A stretch of 64,000 bases of DNA, taken from Lama glama. Its lineage: Eukaryota. This document shows, one piece after another, positions 58,535-64,000 of this stretch. The position numbers and the translations under genes are program-made. The stretch's first letter is position 1, and every line of letters begins with the position of its first letter. Under the pieces are notes generated by a model. The model was given only the letters and a program-made list of their open reading frames with translations, had not been told where the DNA came from and made no database searches. The DNA lies in contig CM052849.1 in NCBI GenBank assembly GCA_028534125.1, positions 372,001 through 436,000 on the forward strand, written 5' to 3'.

Positions 58535-60809
58535 CTGCAGGGACAGACCAACAGTCAGAGCGGTGACCGTCAGGGTGTCTGTCAAATCCCCCGCAAGCCA
58601 GGAGGGAAGGCCTAGGTCCATCCCACTTCCTCCCCGAGGCCACTGCAGGAAGGGGATCTCCTCCATTCCTCCTGCGTCCTCAGCCCGACAACAGTGGGGG
58701 GCACACGGTAGGTGCTTACTTAAAGTGCTAGCGGGAAGTGTGAGTAGAGGAGCCGGGGCCAGGACCAGGGCCACAGTGGCAATTAAGGCCAATGAGTGCC
58801 TTGGTCACCTGGTGCCAGGAACTCGGGGCTTCTCAAGGTCAGGGAGGTGCCCGGTGCCCGGTGCCTGGGCTGCTGGTGGCGGTCATTGGAGGGTTGACCT
58901 GGCCCGACCAGGGTGACCCTGCAGGGCTGAGGGCGGAGGTGGGACAGACCTCCCCACCCATAAGCCTGCGCCTTGGGTCCATCCTGGACAACCCCCAGCC
59001 CAGCATTTGAGGCAGCCCATCTGCAAGAGCGCCTGGGCCTTGGGCAGCCAGCCGGCGCCCCTGGGCTTGGGCTCTGCTGAAGGAGGAGCAGCTGGACACA
59101 GCCCCAGGGAGTGGGCTCCCGGTCTCTAAGCCGGGGGAGGAGCCGTTTGGCTTACATAAGAAAGAGAAAAGCCTTGAGAGGAAACGTTTGCCTGGGGCAG
59201 GGGCGAAGGGCCACCTGGTTGCTGTGTTGGACTCAGACTTTTTATGCAATCGATTGTGTACAACTGGAAAAAGCTAAGCAACTCCAAACACGGACACCAA
59301 ATGAAGCAAGGGGCCCCAGGTGTGTCCTAAGTTGCCGCAGGACCACGCGGATGTGTGGGCCCCTCCTGGTGACTTAGGAAAGCGGGAGCCACTCTGCACC
59401 CCCTCGTAGAGTCTTCCTAGTGGCGTCTGCACCTCCAGCCCGGAAGCCAAGGGGAGGCCCAGGGCCCTCAGGCCAGAGTGGGAAACATCTGTGAGGTCAG
59501 TGAGGCTTAGGGACACCCCAGGAGCCAGGATCTGAACAAAGTGCTGCTAGGAATGGTGGAGTGAAAGGCCTAGAACAGAGGGCAGCCCAGGAGGCACCCC
59601 CTGCCCTGACGCAGCCCCAGGAAAGCATCTGGGGCAAGAGGTGCACGAGGTGAGCTGGGGATCCAGCTGACGGGCTCGGGTGGGGCAGGGGCGCTGAAAG
59701 ACATCAGGCACTAACCCTACCGGTTACCTGTGGACGAAGGAAGCAGAGGAGGAGGAAGCCAGGCCACTGCCCTGAGGAAAGGAGACAAGGAGGCAGCACT
59801 CCCTTCCCCACACCCCGCCTCCTGACGGGGACAGATCCCTGGAGTGGTCTGGCCAGAAGCTCAGGGTCCCAGCAAGCCAGTGGCAGGAGGAAGGGCATTC
59901 GGAGGACCAGAGGGGTGTCCACTGTCCCCAAGCCTCCCTCCTGTCACCCAGGCTGTGGGCTTGACTTGGGAATGTGTGCCTCCCTCGTCCCTCTGGCTCT
60001 GCGGGGCTCCAGCTGCCATGCTGTGAGGACACCCCAGCAGCCTGTGGAGAGGTCCGGGTGACGAGAGACCAAGCAGCCTCCCATCTGAATGGCCACCTGC
60101 CTGCCCAGCCCCTCAGCCCCGACCCAAAGCCCAGCTGCAGGGCTACAGAACACATGTCCCCGGTTCAGAACTTCCCTTCTGTTGAGCTAATGACCAGCTT
60201 TGAACAAGCGGCACTGAGAAAACAATCAGTTTCCTGGTTATGCCAGTATTTGCTCCTTTTCTATCAGCGCTGGCCCCATGATCATCACACACACCGAAGC
60301 TGCCGAAGCCTCCACGCCCATGACGCAGGTCCAGCCTGGTCGGCTGCCTGGTGTCTGCCCTCAATACCCCACTTCCTCCCCCGCCCCGGTGTGCTCCTCA
60401 GGCGCCCCCAGCCTTCCCCCCGCTGCCGCATCTTGCTGACACAGGTCCTTGTGCAGCTCCTGGTGCTGGACCCCCAATCCGCCTGCCCACAGCCACCTCC
60501 CTCCACGCAGCCGACAGGCTCCTTCTGGAAAGAAGACAGATCTAACTTGTCCATACCTGCCTGAAGCCCTCTGTGCTCCTGCCTGTGTGGTCCAGACCTC
60601 CACACACCCTGGCCCACTGCCCCAACCTGCCTGTTCCCAGAACATCCCGGGCCCTTTCACACCCAGCCTGCACCTCCGTGCCCACACCAGGACCACTTAG
60701 TGCGGGGTCCTGCCCTGCCTCCAGCTATGGCTCAGCAGGGCCCCTGGCGCTCCAAAGGCTGAGCCCACTGACATGGGAGCCCACCCTGCCAGGCAGGTGT
60801 CCAGCTCAC

Positions 60810-60941
60810 CTCTAGAAGGAGCATGTCTGGGAGGTACCGGTCCTTCCAGTGGTCAAGGAAGACCATGTCCAGCGTGTCCACGTCATATTTCTTCTTCAGC
60901 TGGGGGATGATATCTTGGGATGCCCCGACGACCAATGTCAC
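60810..60941 (-). CDS. COMT: COMT coding exon (132 nt; [44 protein letters not shown])
   Basis: D141-H-W143-K144 active-site motif; AG/GT boundaries. Confidence 0.98.
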
Positions 60942-61163
60942 CTGGAACAGCCCTCGTCAGTGTCCGGCCACAGGGCAAACAGACCCCCACCTGGCCCCAC
61001 ACAGTTTTCTTCAGGGTTTGGGAGACACAGGTCCCCGGCCCCAGCCTCCACGGAATGACCAGCAGGGAAAATGTGGCATCGAGCCGCTGGGGTGTGATGA
61101 AGCCCCCAACCCGCCTGGCCCTGGGAGCCTCAGTGCCACCCCGGGGGTGGTGTCATGCCACAC

Positions 61164-61357
61164 CCTGTCCTGTAGGCCTGCGAAGTCCAGCATCTGCTGG
61201 GTGATGGCGGCGTAGTCGGGGTTAAGCTCGATGGTGAGCAGCCGGGCGCCGGGCAGCAGCAGGCGGGCCATACGCACGGCCGAGTAGCCCACATAGGCCC
61301 CCAGCTCCAGCAGCACGGAGGGGCGCAGCTCCTGCACCACGGCGTCCACGATCTGGC
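61164..61357 (-). CDS. COMT: COMT coding exon (194 nt; [31 protein letters not shown]...DFAGLQDR)
   Basis: SAM-binding ELGAYxGYS and E90; AG/GT boundaries. Confidence 0.98.
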
Positions 61358-62057
61358 CTGCGGCGGTGGAGGAGGTGTGAGCAGGCGGAGGGGCCTGACC
61401 CACTCCCAGTCCTGGCCCAGCTCCTTCCTGACTGAGCAGCAGCCTGCTCCCGATGCCCAGCCCCACGGCCCATGCCTCTGAGCTCCCGTGGCCACTCAGG
61501 CCTCTGCGCTGGTCTCTTTTCCACTATTCCTGGCTGACCCCAACCCGTCCTAACCCAGAGCTGTCCTCTGCGGAAGCCCCCACCCCACTCTGCCCACAAG
61601 CTGCACTCAAGAGCATCCTTGACTCCCTTGAGCTGGACACGGTTGGAAAGGCCAAGGAGGCCGGACAATGGCTGTCACGTCTGTCCTCAGCCTGACCCTA
61701 GGAAATGCAGCTCAGCACATGCCGGTGCCCCATGCTGGAGTCCAGAGATCAGGAGGCAGCCCTGGAGGTGGGGGAGCCTGGTGCCTGGGCCGGGCAGAGT
61801 CCAAGAGACTCGGTACGCCCTCCCGCCCAGCCAGGACACCCAGGAACCCACTGCCCACCCCGCGGATCTGGTCCTGCCGGAGGGTGTGCAGATGCAGGGC
61901 CTCCAACCGGTGTTGGCGAGGGGCCCCCTGCACAGCACCTCCTGAGGGTCTATCACATGTCTGCCCCCACGGGGATGGCAACATGGTGTCAGGAGTGAGA
62001 GGCTGGTCCCCTCGCCCCTGCACACCCGGGAGACAGGTGAACAGCCACAGCACCCAC

Positions 62058-62340
62058 CTTTCTTGTCGCCCACGTTCATGGCCCACTCCTTGGTCAAGCA
62101 GTAGGTGTCGATGGCGCGGACCACGCTCTGCGGGTCGCCGGCCACCGCATGTTGCTGTACGTAATGCAGGATGCGCTGCTCCTTACTGTCGCCCATCAGG
62201 AGGTTGCAGATGGGGTGCAGGAATAGCTCGTTCCAGCCAAGGAAGACGATGCCGCAGCGGCGCAGGACCGGCAGCACCAGCAGCAGCAACACCAGGCCCA
62301 GGGAGACAGCGACCAGCAGCAGGGGCGGGCCCTCCAGCAT
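62058..62340 (-). CDS. COMT: COMT first coding exon (283 nt; MB-COMT ATG at 62340, S-COMT ATG at 62196)
   Basis: Hydrophobic signal-anchor, then [10 protein letters not shown]...[11 protein letters not shown]; cag|ATG acceptor, AAG|gtgggt donor; total CDS 822 nt = 273 aa. Confidence 0.97.
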
Positions 62341-63406
62341 CTGGTGAGGGGGCGGGCAATGGCAGGGTGAGGCCTGCAGGAGGCCAGGTGGACCCAAGGG
62401 CTCCCGTGGTTAGTGCCCCCTGCCGTCCTGGCTGACCCACCCATGCACCCCTCAGTCGGGGGTGGTGCTGCCACGGACCCCTGTGCTGACGGGGGCCCAA
62501 GGTTCAAGGGGCCAGCCACCTGCCAGGTTGTTAGCTCCAGGTGTGCACAGCCCCACTCACCCGCAAACAGCTTCCTGCTGGGGCTGCGCCCTGGGTGGGG
62601 AGCAGCTGTGTGTCTGGCGGTCCTGCCCAGGGGCTGCAGGTCACAGCCCCCCACCCCTGGCCCACCGTGTTTTCCCAGGAAGCCCAAGGTGAGTTGAGGC
62701 TCCTGACACTCAGGGCAATCCCAGAGCACCTGCGGTTCTGTGAGTGTTTCCAGATAGGACACAGGTGGCCCCCATCTGAGGGACACAGGGCACACCCCGC
62801 TGGCCACTCCCTTAAGGGATGACCACACAGGGCGCATCTGTCCCTTGAGCAGGAAGGCCACCTGTCCGCCTGTACCACAGTGTGAGCCAGATGTGCCCTC
62901 CCCCTCGGCAAGGGGCCCTCCGGGAAGGTAGCCCAGGCCCCAGGCAGACGGATGGGCCTGGGGACCCTGTGACATTGCAGAGCTGAGCCGGCCCAGAGCA
63001 GAGACCTTAACATGGAAAAGGATGAAAGGAAGAGGCAGATGTGATGCTTCCACTGGGGCCTGTGGTCACTCACGGGCCACGCACAGGAAGCAGCCTCAGA
63101 ATCCCAGTGGCCACACAGGCCCCTGCTCTCCGAGAAGCTCCTGAGCAGAAAGGCTCACCCGGGACAGCAGGCAGGGCAGGGCTCTCGGAGGGGAGACCCC
63201 TGGAAGACAGCTCTGGGCTCCAGATCCCAATGACCAGGACCATGAGGGGCTTGGTGGGCAGAGCAGAGGATGAACAGGGGTGCTGAGACCCTGCCCGTGG
63301 ACACCCAGGCTTTCGGGAGGTCTTGGGCCACACGGCCTGGTTACACAGTGAGCACATAACCAGCAGGTTAGAGTCCACACAGTGGAGGTGGGAGCCTCGG
63401 CCACAC

Positions 63407-63509
63407 CAATCCCTCCAGCTCCAGCACGGCCTGGACCAGACCTGGCCTCCCAGGCGGCCCTGCCGTCCACACCCCTTCTCTGGGCCCAGCAGCAAAGCAG
63501 ACAGAAACT
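63407..63509 (-). other. COMT: Possible COMT non-coding exon 2 homologue (boundaries uncertain)
   Basis: TCTGCTTTGCTGCTGGGCCCAGAG resembles the recalled human exon 2, about 1.1 kb upstream of the ATG exon; acceptor is purine-rich and weak. Confidence 0.35.
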
Positions 63510-63634
63510 CTGTGTTCTCTTGCCTTTAGACCATCAGCAGCAGGAACCACAACCTGCAAGTGACCAAAGCCCTGGAACATGGGCCCCTCCCCAAGGCCAG
63601 GCTCACCGGGCCTCCCTCCCCTCGCTGCCCGCAA

Positions 63635-64000
63635 CGACCCAGTTGGGAAATGGGCACAGGACTTGAGCAGACATCTCTCCAGAGGAGACACGCCAGTGAG
63701 CGAGCATCTTCTCAACATCACTAGTCACTAGGGAAACGCGAATCAGAACCACACGGTGCCACTTCACACCTGTGAAGATGACTTCCCCACCCCGGCCTCC
63801 AAAAAGGGGACACAAGTGCTGGTGCAGACGTGGAGGAACCAGAAACTCGTGCCCGCGACAGGGGCATGAGACGGTGCAGCTGCTGTGGAAAATAGTTGGC
63901 GGTTCCTCAGAAAGTTAAATATAGAGTCACCGTGTGACCCAACAATCCCACTTCGGGGTGTGTCCCCAAAAGGGCCGAGAGCAGGGAGTTGACCTGATCC
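63635..64000 (+). mobile_element. LINE-1 ORF2 3' fragment, running off the window
   Basis: aaatgggcacaggacttgagcagacatctctcc...ctcaacatcactagtcactagggaaacgcgaatcagaaccac...tggcggttcctcagaaagttaaatatagag. Confidence 0.85.

Noticed and set aside
61080-61170. Orthologue of primate miR-4761 at the COMT exon-intron junction
   Set aside because: Only a partial resemblance to the recalled 5' arm (GGACAGGGTGTGGCATG); no complementary 3' arm evident.

Overview
Mammalian genomic DNA, GC-rich, syntenic with human 22q11.21. It holds TANGO2 on the minus strand (exons 1-8 of 9, last exon beyond the left edge) with intronic miR-185, the complete ARVCF gene on the plus strand (960-aa ORF over 17 coding exons, plus an internal promoter and an alternative C-terminal exon), and the whole coding region of COMT on the minus strand (273-aa MB-COMT, 225-aa S-COMT), tail-to-tail with ARVCF. 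Exons were placed by translation, GT-AG boundaries and phase continuity. A Vic-1-like tRNA-derived SINE suggests a camelid. Most ORF-track entries are spurious GC-rich frames. This is a well-known locus and I found no wholly new gene family or system. The best candidates for undescribed biology are: (i) a two-uORF cassette in ARVCF exon 2 coupled to three 4-nt-spaced CAG acceptors that could switch one uATG between repressor and N-terminal extension, (ii) a QKI/RBFOX-flanked PDZ-tail switch with an extra open upstream acceptor, and (iii) lineage-specific COMT changes (stop-loss extension, Cys69Val). All comparisons with human or mouse sequences are from memory and need an alignment to confirm.
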